Source of the DNA: Minisyncoccia bacterium
GTDB taxonomy: Bacteria; Patescibacteriota; Minisyncoccia; UBA6257; JAAZHW01
Assembly: GCA_049720475.1 (NCBI GenBank)
Contig: JBNASH010000035.1
Coordinates: forward strand, 20,015 to 84,014
Direction of reading: 5' to 3'
Length of the DNA: 64,000 bases
A program made the translations under genes and the position numbers. Below the pieces are notes generated by a model. It saw nothing but the letters and a program-made list of their open reading frames with translations. It had not been told where the DNA came from and did not search any database. How positions within the stretch are numbered: the first letter of the stretch is position 1; the number at the start of each line of letters is the position of its first letter. Positions 28,530-38,854 of the stretch are shown here, in pieces.

Positions 28530-29279
28530 TTATTTTGCTATCCACCCACCATCAACCACTAAAACTTCTCCATTGACAAAATCAGATTCATCCGAAGCTA
28601 GATAAACCGCCGCCCAAGCAATATCTTCTGGTTCGCCCAAACGCGGATAAAGAGTTTGCGCCTCTAAAGCTTTTCGCTGTGTTTCATCTATTAATAAATC
28701 TTTTGTCATGGCTGTTTTGATAACGCCCGGCGCAATAGCATTAACATTGATTTTATATTTAGCGTATTCCAAAGCCATCTCGCGCGTCATCGCAATGATT
28801 CCGCCCTTTGACGCGCAATAATGAGCTAATTGATCAAAAGCAACCAATCCCGCAATCGAAGCAATATTTATAATTTTCCCTTTCCCCTGCTTCAACATAA
28901 AAGGGATAGCATTTTTGGAAACAAGAAAAACACTTTTCAAATTAACATTAATAATTTTATCCCAATCTTCTTCACTAATTTCATGAAATGGCGAAAATTT
29001 AACAATACCGGCATTATTAACAACGATATCAATTCTGCCAAAAACTTTTAACACCTCATTCACCATCTGAAAAACTTCTTCGCCTTTGCTAACATCGGTT
29101 TTGATAAAAATTGCCTCGCCATTATTTTTTCTAATTTCTTCAACTGTTGCCTGACCTCCCTCCTCCAACAAATCAACAACCGCCACTTTTGCTCCTTCTT
29201 TAGCAAAGATTAAAGCAATTCCTCGACCAATGCCTGACCCCGCGCCAGTAATAATCGCTACTTTATTTTTCAATCGCAT
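28530..29279 (-). CDS. SDR-family NAD(P)-dependent oxidoreductase
   Basis: TGAGSGIG, NNAG, YCASK, VNAIAPG, VDGG. Confidence 0.93.
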   Translation of the reverse strand: MRLKNKVAIITGAGSGIGRGIALIFAKEGAKVAVVDLLEEGGQATVEEIRKNNGEAIFIKTDVSKGEEVFQMVNEVLKVFGRIDIVVNNAGIVKFSPFHEISEEDWDKIINVNLKSVFLVSKNAIPFMLKQGKGKIINIASIAGLVAFDQLAHYCASKGGIIAMTREMALEYAKYKINVNAIAPGVIKTAMTKDLLIDETQRKALEAQTLYPRLGEPEDIAWAAVYLASDESDFVNGEVLVVDGGWIAK

Positions 29280-29339
29280 ATTTTTTAAAAAATTTTTAAT
29301 CGCCTCTTTCACTATTATTTTAACACTAAAACAGCAAAA

Positions 29340-29380
29340 ATAAAATTTAGCGGGATTATTTCAATCCCGCTAAATTTTAT
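29340..29380. terminator. intrinsic terminator after the Cys/Leu tRNAs
   Basis: ATAAAATTTAGCGGGATT-atttc-AATCCCGCTAAATTTTAT 18-bp inverted repeat. Confidence 0.85.
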
Positions 29381-29425
29381 TTTTCTTTTATTCTCAAATT
29401 TTCTATTTTCTAAATTTTATTTTTG

Positions 29426-29511
29426 TGCCCGGGGAGAGACTCGAACTCTCACGACCGGTGAGGGTCATTGGATTTTGAGTCCAACGCGTCTGCCAATTCC
29501 GCCACCCGGGC
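29426..29511 (-). tRNA. tRNA-Leu(CAA)
   Basis: GCCCGGG acceptor, TTGGA-CTCAAAA-TCCAA, long variable arm, GTTCGAGT. Confidence 0.95.
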
Positions 29512-29526
29512 AAATTTTATCTCCGG

Positions 29527-29598
29527 AGGCCTGGGTGGGAATCGAACCCACGTATAACGGTTTTGCAGACCGTTGCCTTACCACTTGGCTACCAGGCC
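29527..29598 (-). tRNA. tRNA-Cys(GCA)
   Basis: GGCCTGG acceptor, ACGGT-CTGCAAA-ACCGT, U discriminator. Confidence 0.95.
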
Positions 29599-29668
29599 AA
29601 TTTTAAAGCTCTTTTATAAAAATATAAAATAATTTTTTAAAAATCAAGTTGGTCTTTTTAATCTTTAA

Positions 29669-30004
29669 TTAATCTTTAATTTTATTCAACACTTCTTCTA
29701 TTTCAGCCGCTTTTTCTTCTGATAAATCATAATGGATAATCAATTTGGGAACAGGATGCATTTTCAATTTTTTATTTAATAATTGCTGAAGTCGATAGAT
29801 ATTCATTTCAAAAAATTTTTGAATTTCTTCAGTTATTTTGGGATAAACACTGATAAAAACTTGTGCATGGGACAAATCTTTTGAAACACAAACCCTTGTC
29901 ACTGTAATTAAAAAATCAGGAGGTAATAACATCTCTTCTTTTAAAATCTCAGAAAAAACTTCTTTGATTAAACTATTAACTTGTGCTAAACGATAAGATG
30001 TCAT
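29669..30004 (-). CDS. rbfA: ribosome-binding factor A
   Basis: YRLAQVNSLIKE, ITVTRVCVSKDLSHAQVFIS, PVPKL..YD. Confidence 0.9.
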   Translation of the reverse strand: MTSYRLAQVNSLIKEVFSEILKEEMLLPPDFLITVTRVCVSKDLSHAQVFISVYPKITEEIQKFFEMNIYRLQQLLNKKLKMHPVPKLIIHYDLSEEKAAEIEEVLNKIKD

Positions 30005-31317
30005 AGTTGGTCAATTATTTTTTTTATTAAATCTAAAATTTCATCTAAAGTTTTTTTATCTTTTGCTTCGATATTCAAACGCAAAAGCATTGGTTCGGTT
30101 TGGGAAGTCCTTAGGTTAAAATGAAAATTTTTTGCCCAGATGGTTATGCCATCATTTTTGATTACCTTCGCTCCTTTTTTAAATCGTTTTTCTAAACTCT
30201 TAAAAATTAATTGAGTATAACTGTTATTTTTTATTCGAAAATTCATCTCGGGCAAAATAATATTTTTTTGATACTTCATTACCAAATCCTCTATTTTTTC
30301 TTTGTGTTGGGCAAAAAATTTTAAAAGCATCAGAAAGGAAAAAATTCCCGAATCCGCAAAAAAGAAAGGCTTCCAATAATAATGACCTGATTTTTCAATG
30401 CCCAGAAGAGCTTTATGTTTTTTCATCGCCTTTTTGAAAAAACTATGCCCCGCCATCGAAAAAAAGACTCGAAAACTATATTTTTTTGCTAAATCCATTA
30501 ATACTTTAGATGAACGATAATCTAAAATAATTGTTTTTGGCTTTTGATTTTTTACTGCTTCTAATAAAAATATGCCCACAATATCGCCCAAAACCATGTT
30601 CCCATTGGTATCAAACAAATATAACCGATCACCATCTTCATCAAATTGGATGATAAAATCGTTTTTTCTTTTTTTGATTAATCGCTTGCTAACTGGGCGG
30701 TGGATAAATTGAATGGATAAAGATAATTCTTTTTTTATTTTTTCTAAAATTAATTGAGTGCTTTTAGGACAACAAACTAAAATTTTTTTATTTTGAATTT
30801 TAGATAAAAAGTTTTTTATTTTACTCTGGGATAAAAGAAATTTAGCATAATCACCAACAAAATTTTTTCTAATGATTTTTCCTTTTGTTAAACCGATAGT
30901 AATTGGTTGATTCAAAAAATCTAAATTTTTCTTGAGCCACTCACCAGTTATTGCTTCAAGATTTTGATTATAAATTTTAAAACCAGTATATTTTTTTTCT
31001 AAATGCGATCCGGTGACGATAATTCCTAAATCAAATTTTTTTGTTTTAAGAAGATAATAAAGCATGGGCGTTGTAATAATGCCAGCATCGATTACTTCAA
31101 CATTATTTTGGATTAAACCTTGAGCCAAACCTTTAATAATCGCCAACCCATTTGACTTGGCGTCACGCCCAATAACAATTTTTGGTCTTTTTTTATTTAA
31201 GTCTATAATTTTTGGCAAATAATACCCTAATCGCCAAGCAACATCTGGATTAATATCCGTAGGAAAAATTCCTCTAATATCGTAAGCTAACAAAATTTTC
31301 TTTTTAATTGAATCCAT
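30001..31317 (-). CDS. phosphomannomutase/phosphoglucomutase-family protein (divergent)
   Basis: AYDIRG, TTPMLY, TGSH phospho-Ser loop, FDEDGDR, GIEKSGHYY, LRTSQTEP. Confidence 0.88.
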   Translation of the reverse strand: MDSIKKKILLAYDIRGIFPTDINPDVAWRLGYYLPKIIDLNKKRPKIVIGRDAKSNGLAIIKGLAQGLIQNNVEVIDAGIITTPMLYYLLKTKKFDLGIIVTGSHLEKKYTGFKIYNQNLEAITGEWLKKNLDFLNQPITIGLTKGKIIRKNFVGDYAKFLLSQSKIKNFLSKIQNKKILVCCPKSTQLILEKIKKELSLSIQFIHRPVSKRLIKKRKNDFIIQFDEDGDRLYLFDTNGNMVLGDIVGIFLLEAVKNQKPKTIILDYRSSKVLMDLAKKYSFRVFFSMAGHSFFKKAMKKHKALLGIEKSGHYYWKPFFFADSGIFSFLMLLKFFAQHKEKIEDLVMKYQKNIILPEMNFRIKNNSYTQLIFKSLEKRFKKGAKVIKNDGITIWAKNFHFNLRTSQTEPMLLRLNIEAKDKKTLDEILDLIKKIIDQL

Positions 31318-31360
31318 CTTATTTATAGTTTATAATAAAATTGCGATAAAAGCAAAAAAT

Positions 31361-32458
31361 ATGCTTTCTTTAGGAATTGTTGGTCTGCCCAACATTGGAA
31401 AATCAACTTTATTTCAAGCAATTACCAAAAAACAAGTAGGAATTGCCAATTTCCCTTTTACAACAATTGATCCCAACATCGGCATCGCTCCCGTTAAAGA
31501 TGAACGATTAGAAAAAATTGCCGCAATTCAAAAGTCTGAAAAAGTTATTCCCGCCACCGTAAAATTTGTTGACATTGCTGGCTTGGTTAAAGGAGCCGCT
31601 CAAGGACTGGGGTTGGGCAATCAATTTCTCGCTCACATTCGAGAAGTAACAGCTATTGTTGAAATTATTCGATTATTCATAAACGAAAACGTTCCGCACG
31701 TAGAAAAAAATGTCGATCCTTTAAGGGATTTAGAGATTATTTCAACAGAACTAATTTTAGCCGATTTAGAAACTCTAGAAAGAATTTTTACAAAATTAGA
31801 AGGAGATATTAAACGCCACGATAAAGAAGCAATGGCTAAATTTGAATTAATCAAAAAATTAGAAAATCATCTCCAAAGTAATAAATGGATTTCTTCCTAT
31901 CCCTTGAACGAAAAAGATCGTCTTTTAATAAAGGAGTATAATTTTCTCACGGCCAAACCATTATTAATTGTTTTAAATGTTGATGAATCTATTTCAGAAA
32001 AAGAAATTCAAAAAATTAAAGAGGAAATATTGAATGAGATGGCCGGCCAACTGCAAAGTGAAGATGTATTAGCAATGGATTTAGCAAAGGAATTGGACAT
32101 GACAAATTTAACTCCTAAAGAAGCAGAAGAATTGGGATTAACAAGGGCTTCTTATTTAAATAATTTAGATGATTTAATAAAAAGGGGTTATCAAATACTC
32201 AATCTCATCACTTTCTTCACAACTACCGGTCCAGAAGAAACGCGCGCCTGGCCCTTGAAAAATGGCTCAACGGTATGGGAAGCGGCAGGATTAATCCATA
32301 GAGATTTTCAAGAAAAATTTATTAAAGCAGAAATAGTTAATTGGCTGGATTTTGTTGAATTAAAATCGTGGGCGAAATGTCGCGAAACAGGAAAATTAAA
32401 AATTGAAGGCCGCGACTACATTGTGCAAGACGGCGATATTGTTTATTATAAAATCTAA
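31361..32458 (+). CDS. ychF: ribosome-binding ATPase YchF
   Basis: GIVGLPNIGKST, FPFTTIDPN, DIAGLVKGA, GLGNQFL, EGRDYIVQDGD. Confidence 0.97.
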   Translation: MLSLGIVGLPNIGKSTLFQAITKKQVGIANFPFTTIDPNIGIAPVKDERLEKIAAIQKSEKVIPATVKFVDIAGLVKGAAQGLGLGNQFLAHIREVTAIVEIIRLFINENVPHVEKNVDPLRDLEIISTELILADLETLERIFTKLEGDIKRHDKEAMAKFELIKKLENHLQSNKWISSYPLNEKDRLLIKEYNFLTAKPLLIVLNVDESISEKEIQKIKEEILNEMAGQLQSEDVLAMDLAKELDMTNLTPKEAEELGLTRASYLNNLDDLIKRGYQILNLITFFTTTGPEETRAWPLKNGSTVWEAAGLIHRDFQEKFIKAEIVNWLDFVELKSWAKCRETGKLKIEGRDYIVQDGDIVYYKI

Positions 32459-32502
32459 TCATCTCTTGATTTTAATTTATATTTTTATATACTAAAGTTC
32501 AT

Positions 32503-32952
32503 ATGAATGCACTATTGATTCAAGAAGTAACCAAAGAACAACTAAAAAATATTCCAGAGATTAAAGCGGGAATGCATGTTCGCGTTCATGAAAAAGTAAA
32601 AGAAAAAGATAGAGAAAGAATTCAGGTTTTTGAAGGAATTGTTTTGGCCCGGAAACACGGCAAAGGCATTAATGCCACTTTTACCGTCAGAAAAATTGTT
32701 GACGGTATTGGCGTTGAAAAAACTTGGCCATTACATTCGCCTCTTATTGAAAAAATTGAAATTATTAAAGCACCAAAAACGCGCCGAGCAAAACTTTATT
32801 ATTTAAGAAATCTTTCTGTTAAAAAGACAAAGAAGAAATTAAAGAAGGTGGCAGCGTTTAAAGAAATTATTAAAGAAGAGCCAACAATTGAAAAAAATGA
32901 CAATCAAGAAAATAACAACCAAAAACAAGAGGAAAATATAAATCAAGAATAA
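32503..32952 (+). CDS. rplS: 50S ribosomal protein L19
   Basis: RERIQVFEGIV, TFTVRK, GVEK, RRAKLYYLR. Confidence 0.97.
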   Translation: MNALLIQEVTKEQLKNIPEIKAGMHVRVHEKVKEKDRERIQVFEGIVLARKHGKGINATFTVRKIVDGIGVEKTWPLHSPLIEKIEIIKAPKTRRAKLYYLRNLSVKKTKKKLKKVAAFKEIIKEEPTIEKNDNQENNNQKQEENINQE

Positions 32953-32958
32953 ATACTA

Positions 32959-32991
32959 ACATAAAAACCATCATTTCGATGGTTTTTATGT
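32959..32991 (+). terminator. intrinsic terminator after rplS
   Basis: ACATAAAAACCATC-atttc-GATGGTTTTTATGT. Confidence 0.8.
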
Positions 32992-33036
32992 TTTTATGGC
33001 TTGAATTTTTTTAGTTTTTTTCTATTATAAAATTAA

Positions 33037-33122
33037 GCCCAGGTGGTGGAATTGGTATACACACACGTTTGAGGGGCGTGGGCCTTTTGGCCGTGCGGGT
33101 TCGAATCCCGCCCTGGGCACCA
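33037..33122 (+). tRNA. tRNA-Leu(GAG), CCA encoded
   Basis: GCCCAGG acceptor, CACGT-TTGAGGG-GCGTG, variable arm GGCC-tttt-GGCC, ends ACCA. Confidence 0.95.
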
Positions 33123-33128
33123 AAATCA

Positions 33129-33164
33129 AATCAAAAAAGCAGCCATTCGGCTGCTTTTTTGATT
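33129..33164. terminator. bidirectional terminator between tRNA-Leu and clpP
   Basis: AATCAAAAAAGCAGCC-attc-GGCTGCTTTTTTGATT. Confidence 0.85.
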
Positions 33165-33174
33165 GATGCTTTTA

Positions 33175-33786
33175 CTATTTAATTCTTTTTTTAGTATTCT
33201 GAATAATTCCGTCTATTATGCCGTATTCTTTGGCATCTGGAGCGCTCAAATAAAAATCTCTGTCAGTATCCTTCTCAATTTTCTCTAATGGTTGACCAGT
33301 GTGTTTTGATAAAATCTCATTTATTTTATTTTTGATTTTTAAAATTTGTTTGGCAGTTATTTCAATTTCTACCGCTTGACCTTCGGCTCCTCCCATTACC
33401 TGGTGCAACAAAATTTCGGCATTGGGAAGCGCAAATCTCTTGCCTTTCGTTCCAGCTGCTAACAATACCGCCGCCGCTGATGCCGCTTGACCCAAACAAA
33501 TTGTTGAAACATCGGGCTTAACATATTGCATTGTGTCATAAATCGCCAACGCCGAAGTTACAATTCCGCCTGGGCTATTGATATAAAATTGAATATCTTT
33601 TTTGGGATCCTCATGCTCCAAAAACAAAAGCTGAGCAATAATGCTATTTGCTACCGCATCATTAATTGGACCGCCCAAAAAAATTATTCGCTCTTTTAAT
33701 AAACGCGAATAAATATCATAAGCCCTCTCACCAAATTGTGATTTTTCAATAACTGTTGGAATTAAATTAAAATATTCTTCTTCCAT
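33175..33786 (-). CDS. clpP: ATP-dependent Clp protease proteolytic subunit
   Basis: [38 protein letters not shown]. Confidence 0.97.
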   Translation of the reverse strand: MEEEYFNLIPTVIEKSQFGERAYDIYSRLLKERIIFLGGPINDAVANSIIAQLLFLEHEDPKKDIQFYINSPGGIVTSALAIYDTMQYVKPDVSTICLGQAASAAAVLLAAGTKGKRFALPNAEILLHQVMGGAEGQAVEIEITAKQILKIKNKINEILSKHTGQPLEKIEKDTDRDFYLSAPDAKEYGIIDGIIQNTKKRIK

Positions 33787-33797
33787 ATTTTTGTTTT

Positions 33798-35087
33798 TTA
33801 ATTATTGACTTGATTTTCTAAAAATTGAAAGACTTTTTCATTGGTTAATCTTTCTTTAGTATATTCCATAAGCGCCGACCTGTCAATTTGATTGATATCA
33901 ACACCTTCCATTGCTCGTTGGTTCAAAATCTCTTCCATGGCCTCATTTATCTCTTCTGGCGACGGCTCACAATTTTCCAATTTGGCAATAGTTCTTAAAA
34001 TAATAAATCCTTTTAATGTTTTCTCCGCTTCTTTTCTTAACTCTTGTCTCAGCTCTTCTTCTTTTTTGTTTATCTTTTTTAAATATTCCTCAAATGTTAA
34101 TCCTTGATCTTCAATAAGATGCTTCAACGAATGGAATTGATTTTCGGTTTCACCATCAATTAAAATATCGGGCAATTCGATTTCGGTTTTTTCAATTAAC
34201 TTTTCGAGCAATAAAATTCGCAACCGCTCTTTTTCTTTTAGATCCTTTTCCATTAAAATCCCCTCTCTGATAGAATTTTTTAATTCGTCTAGACTATTGA
34301 AATTCCCCAAACTTTTTGCCCATTCATCATTTAGTTCTGGCAATTGCCTCTCGCTAACGTTTTTTACTTTAACCTCAAAATTTAATTCTTTTGATCGCAA
34401 ATTCTCCTTCCAATAATCATCTGAAATTTTTATCGAAATTTTTTTCTCTTCATTTTTGGATAGACCCTCTAGTTGTTCTTCAAATCCTTTGGGATATCTT
34501 CCCTGGCCCAAAATAAAACGATCAATTTCTGGAAATTCTTTTGTTAATTCACCATCAACAAAACACTTTGTTTCTATTTCAATAACATCATCTTTTTGAG
34601 CTGGTCGATCAACCTCAACAATTTTAGCACGAGATTTCTGTAACCATTCAACTGCTTCATTAATTTCTTTATCTGAAACTTCTAAAGTTCGCTTTTGCTT
34701 AAACACATCTTTACTAAGAGCCTTATAATCACCTAATTTTGGTTTTGGTAAAATCGCACTTTTTAGAGTGTATACAAATTCGTTTTGGGGAGCAATCTTT
34801 TTAATATTAACTTCTGGTTGACCAATTAATTCCAAATCTAATTCATTTATAATATCATTAAGACTTTTTCGAAATGCCAAATTGGCTGCCTCATCAAAAA
34901 TTTTTTCTTCTAGATCAGTATTTTTGATTAATTCTTCTGGAATGTTTCCCTTACGAAAACCATTTAGGTTAACTTCTTTTAAAACCTTATCTTTGGCTAA
35001 TTTCCAGAAATTCTCCATTTCTTCTGGAGATAACATCACCTCTAATTCAATTTGGGATTTTGGTAAATAAGAAATTTTGTGATTCAT
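33798..35087 (-). CDS. tig: trigger factor
   Basis: GFRKGNIP ribosome-binding motif, FKBP-like GFEEQLEG, upstream of clpP. Confidence 0.95.
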   Translation of the reverse strand: MNHKISYLPKSQIELEVMLSPEEMENFWKLAKDKVLKEVNLNGFRKGNIPEELIKNTDLEEKIFDEAANLAFRKSLNDIINELDLELIGQPEVNIKKIAPQNEFVYTLKSAILPKPKLGDYKALSKDVFKQKRTLEVSDKEINEAVEWLQKSRAKIVEVDRPAQKDDVIEIETKCFVDGELTKEFPEIDRFILGQGRYPKGFEEQLEGLSKNEEKKISIKISDDYWKENLRSKELNFEVKVKNVSERQLPELNDEWAKSLGNFNSLDELKNSIREGILMEKDLKEKERLRILLLEKLIEKTEIELPDILIDGETENQFHSLKHLIEDQGLTFEEYLKKINKKEEELRQELRKEAEKTLKGFIILRTIAKLENCEPSPEEINEAMEEILNQRAMEGVDINQIDRSALMEYTKERLTNEKVFQFLENQVNN

Positions 35088-35089
35088 AT

Positions 35090-36346
35090 CTAATTATCTT
35101 GCTTTTCCTCATTAATATTATCGACTTTTTCTAGGGTAACTTCTTCGGTAGAAGAATCTGCTTCTGCCTCAGCAACACCATCTTGAACAACTTGATCTGG
35201 CGCTGCCTCACTTCGAACATCTATTTTCCAGCCTGTTAATTTCGCTGCCAATCGTACATTTTGTCCTCCCTTGCCAATAGCTAATGATAATTGATCCTCT
35301 GGCACAAAAACTCTCATTTCTCGTCGTTGATGCATTTCTACTCTTGAAACTTTAGCTGGAGATAAAGCTTGGGCCACAAATTCTTCGGGATCCTCTGACC
35401 ATTTAATAATATCTATTTTTTCTTGACCTAATTCATTCAAAACAGCCATAATTCTCGTTCCTTTTTGACCAACACAAGAACCAATAGGATCAACGCCGGC
35501 CACAGTAGAATGAACAGCCACTTTACTGCGAAAACCAGCCTCACGAGCAATAGCCATAATTTTAACTACACCTGAAGCAATTTCCGGCACTTCCATTTCA
35601 AATAATTTCGAAATAAATTTGGGATGACTACGCGATAAAATAATCATTGGGCCCTTAGTATTTTCCTGAACGGCTAATAAATAGAATTTCATCCTTTCAC
35701 CAATACGATATCGTTCATTAGGAATAGCTTCATTATAAAACATCACGCCATCAACGCGGCCGAGATTAACATAAACATTCCTATTTTCTATTCTTTGAAT
35801 AATTCCACTCACTAACTCACCTTCTTTATTTTTGAATTCTTGAAGAACTGTTTCTTTCTCCGCCTCGCGTAATCGCTGTAAAATAACTTGTTTTGCTGTT
35901 TGGGCAGCAATTCGACCAAATTCTTCGTGTGATTCTAGTGGAAAAATTATTTCTTCTCCTGGTTTAGCTTCGGGTTTAATGACTTGCGCCTCTTCTAGAA
36001 GAATATGGCGCTCCGGATTAAATTTTATTTTTTTCACCACATCGCCGTCTTTAATTTGTTGTTCAACGGCAGTTAATTGAGAGCCTTCTTCTTTTTCAAT
36101 CTTGTCTCCTTCTTCCTCTTCTTCTTTTAACATATTTTTATCAACAACAATTTTTACTTGCCAAAATTTAACCTCACCAGTTTCAGGATCAATTTTTGCC
36201 CGCACAATATTGCTCTTATTCATATATTCTTTCTTATAAGCCGCGGCAATGGCTTGTTCAATTGCCTCTAAAATTTTGTCTTTGCTGATACCTTTTTCCT
36301 CAGCAATTTGATTAATCGCCAAAGAGAAATCTTTTAAATCAAACAT
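35090..36346 (-). CDS. nusA: transcription termination factor NusA
   Basis: FGRIAAQTAKQVI, AREAGFRSKVAV, QLSLAIGKGGQNVRLAAKLTGWKIDV. Confidence 0.97.
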   Translation of the reverse strand: MFDLKDFSLAINQIAEEKGISKDKILEAIEQAIAAAYKKEYMNKSNIVRAKIDPETGEVKFWQVKIVVDKNMLKEEEEEGDKIEKEEGSQLTAVEQQIKDGDVVKKIKFNPERHILLEEAQVIKPEAKPGEEIIFPLESHEEFGRIAAQTAKQVILQRLREAEKETVLQEFKNKEGELVSGIIQRIENRNVYVNLGRVDGVMFYNEAIPNERYRIGERMKFYLLAVQENTKGPMIILSRSHPKFISKLFEMEVPEIASGVVKIMAIAREAGFRSKVAVHSTVAGVDPIGSCVGQKGTRIMAVLNELGQEKIDIIKWSEDPEEFVAQALSPAKVSRVEMHQRREMRVFVPEDQLSLAIGKGGQNVRLAAKLTGWKIDVRSEAAPDQVVQDGVAEAEADSSTEEVTLEKVDNINEEKQDN

Positions 36347-36380
36347 GATTTTATTGATTAAAACGACACTTTCTTAGTAA

Positions 36381-36445
36381 TAAAGGCCCGTTAAACGGAC
36401 CTTTAATATATATTTTAATTTTAATAAATTATAAGATGATGTCAA
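36381..36445 (-). promoter_or_regulatory. nusA promoter plus leader hairpin (candidate attenuator)
   Basis: TTGACA(36445-36440)-16-TAAAAT, then hairpin TAAAGGTCCGT-tta-ACGGGCCTTTA before the ATG. Confidence 0.55.
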
Positions 36446-36455
36446 GTAAATTATT

Positions 36456-37721
36456 TTATTTTTCAATCGGCAAATTAATTGGCGGTTCTCCTTTTTTCGC
36501 CTCAATTCTTTTAAGCATTGGCGCTTCCACCACTGTAACGGGGAAATGAAATAGCGTAGCCAACTCTTCAGTATTTAAAACCATTTTTGTACTAGAATTA
36601 AATTTGCGTTTCAAATAATTTTTAAATAAAACGGTTTTTTTCCAAAATTCTTTTTGTTCCTTGAATGGCCACTTGGCTTTAGGAATAGATGGTTTATATG
36701 GTTTAAATCCGTTCAAATGTAAAGTGTTAAATTGCCTAAAAAATCCCATAACGCTAGTGATATTTAAACGTGTAAAGGCGTCTCTTCGGTCTATATAAAC
36801 GAAACGAATCGTGACATCAAAAAGAAGTTTGGAAATTTTTCGTTGGATAGCCTCTATAATTTCTTTTTCTCCCGGTGTTAAATTTTGTACTGAACCTGGT
36901 GAACCAGGGGAAGCACTCTCTTCCCACCATTCCGGCGGTGTAATTGGCGCCCGAAATAAATGATAGAAAAATTCTAAAATATAATCAAAATACGAACGTG
37001 GCACCGGCTCTTTTTTTCCAATTAATTTTGCTACAATTGATTCTCCTTCCTTTTTACAACTATCATCGGCTGGTTTAAATAAAATCTGAATCCAGATTTT
37101 CTCATCAGGATTTAGTTTGCTAACTGTTTCAAATAAACTGGCTAATGGATCTATTATTTTCTCATCTTTATGCGATTCAAAATAAGGATAAGTTTGAATG
37201 GGATAAGGAGATGGTTGAATCAGCATCAAATCCAAACCCCATAAATCCCAAAATTTATTTGGCAAAGAAGTTGCAAAAACACTTGTATAATCATCTACCT
37301 CGTTTATTTCTAAATCAGGATATTGGGCGTAAAGATTTGATTCTACCAAGTTTTTATATTCTTTTGGTGTACGAATATAAAAAGATACACCTTCACCATT
37401 ACCCAATATTTCTGCGCTTAACCACAATTGAGTTTTGCCCTGAAAAACTCTTTCTTTCCAATTTGGTTTTGAAATTTGAATAGAGTGAAGCGCCGCAAAA
37501 ATATCTTCCATCGACTTAAAACTCTTTTCGATATTGCGAGGAATTTTTATCTCAAAAATTGTATACTCAACCTTCTTTAAAAATTTCTTTTTTACATATT
37601 CCAACCAAAGAGCATAAATTGCCTTAATCAAAACCAATGGAACAACAATCCACCATACTAATTTAAAAGCCTTCCAAATGAAAAAAAGAATTCCTTGTAA
37701 AATTTCCAGTACTTCGCTCAT
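36456..37721 (-). CDS. membrane-anchored hypothetical protein resembling the N-terminal domain of CPR VirD4/TraD-like coupling proteins
   Basis: N-terminal TM, EIKIPR, LSAEI...FYIRTP...VESNLYAQYPDLEI, PYPIQTY, LNTEELATLFHFP; no Walker motifs. Confidence 0.65.
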   Translation of the reverse strand: MSEVLEILQGILFFIWKAFKLVWWIVVPLVLIKAIYALWLEYVKKKFLKKVEYTIFEIKIPRNIEKSFKSMEDIFAALHSIQISKPNWKERVFQGKTQLWLSAEILGNGEGVSFYIRTPKEYKNLVESNLYAQYPDLEINEVDDYTSVFATSLPNKFWDLWGLDLMLIQPSPYPIQTYPYFESHKDEKIIDPLASLFETVSKLNPDEKIWIQILFKPADDSCKKEGESIVAKLIGKKEPVPRSYFDYILEFFYHLFRAPITPPEWWEESASPGSPGSVQNLTPGEKEIIEAIQRKISKLLFDVTIRFVYIDRRDAFTRLNITSVMGFFRQFNTLHLNGFKPYKPSIPKAKWPFKEQKEFWKKTVLFKNYLKRKFNSSTKMVLNTEELATLFHFPVTVVEAPMLKRIEAKKGEPPINLPIEK

Positions 37722-37742
37722 CAATTTAATTATAATCTAAAA

Positions 37743-38813
37743 TTATCTTTTTGAAGAAACCAAAGAATAACGGCCATCAGGCAACTTTTTAAATAATTGT
37801 TTATCCTGAAGGTTAATCAAAACAGTCATGTCTTTAACCAAACGTTGTTTCGCAACTTCTTTAAGAATATCTCGGAAATACATTGGTTTTTTCGCTAAAA
37901 TTTGAATTAAAATATCCTTAACAGTTCCCTCTTGATATCCCCACTCTTTTAAAGCATAAATTCCCCTTCCTACCAAAACAAAAGGATCTCCTTTAATTAA
38001 TTCATTGTGCAAACTATTAATAGAAATTTTTTTGTCGTCAAAATTTAATTCTTTGATCTTTTGAAGAATCTCTTCATAATGCATCGGCTGATTCATCTTC
38101 TTTAAAATTAAATAAGCTTTAGTTTTAACATTACGAGGTTTTATCCATTCCCAATCAATCAATCCAAATTCACCAAAAGGATTAAAAGCAAATTTCTTGG
38201 ACACATCCAAATAAGAAACCACTAGATTTTCGTTATAAATTCGGAATTCTTTCATTGTTTTTCTTAACAACAATTGATATTCATCCAGCATTAATGGTTT
38301 TTTGTGAATTTTCACTTCTTTCTCAACAAACTTATAAATATTTATGGCTTTATTAAGATATTCCTCTTTTAAATACCAGTTGGAATAGATATTTGGTTTT
38401 TCCAAAAAATAATTGAAGTCAGGACTTAAATCTAACAAAAAATTAATATGGTTTGCCCATTGATTTTTTACCTTATCATTTGTCCAAAGCTCTATAGGAT
38501 CCTCAATTAACAAAACCGGAGCTTCTTCTAATAATCTCTTTTCTCTTCTAATACCACCGATTATTTCCAACTGATATTTAATACGCTCCAAAATATCATT
38601 TAACTCATTAAGATTTTGTCTAAGTTTGTTTAAAGCAACGGATTCGATCTGACGAATTCGCTCACGCGTTAAACCCTTTTCCTTACCAATCGCTTCTAAT
38701 GTCAGTGGTTTCTCGTTTGTCAAACCATACCTTTTTTCAATAATTTCTCTCTGCTTGTCTGGCAAAATTCCAATAAATCCTTTAATTGTTTGAAGTAAAC
38801 TTTTGCTATTCAT
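37743..38813 (-). CDS. sigma70 region-4 HTH plus HARE-HTH/RNAP-delta-like protein
   Basis: TLEAIGKEKGLTRERIRQIE; C-terminal PMHYEEI...HNELIK...FVLVGRGIYALKEWG. Confidence 0.8.
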   Translation of the reverse strand: MNSKSLLQTIKGFIGILPDKQREIIEKRYGLTNEKPLTLEAIGKEKGLTRERIRQIESVALNKLRQNLNELNDILERIKYQLEIIGGIRREKRLLEEAPVLLIEDPIELWTNDKVKNQWANHINFLLDLSPDFNYFLEKPNIYSNWYLKEEYLNKAINIYKFVEKEVKIHKKPLMLDEYQLLLRKTMKEFRIYNENLVVSYLDVSKKFAFNPFGEFGLIDWEWIKPRNVKTKAYLILKKMNQPMHYEEILQKIKELNFDDKKISINSLHNELIKGDPFVLVGRGIYALKEWGYQEGTVKDILIQILAKKPMYFRDILKEVAKQRLVKDMTVLINLQDKQLFKKLPDGRYSLVSSKR

Positions 38814-38854
38814 ACTTTTTATTCAATAAATATTAAGAATAAATTTTCATTTTG

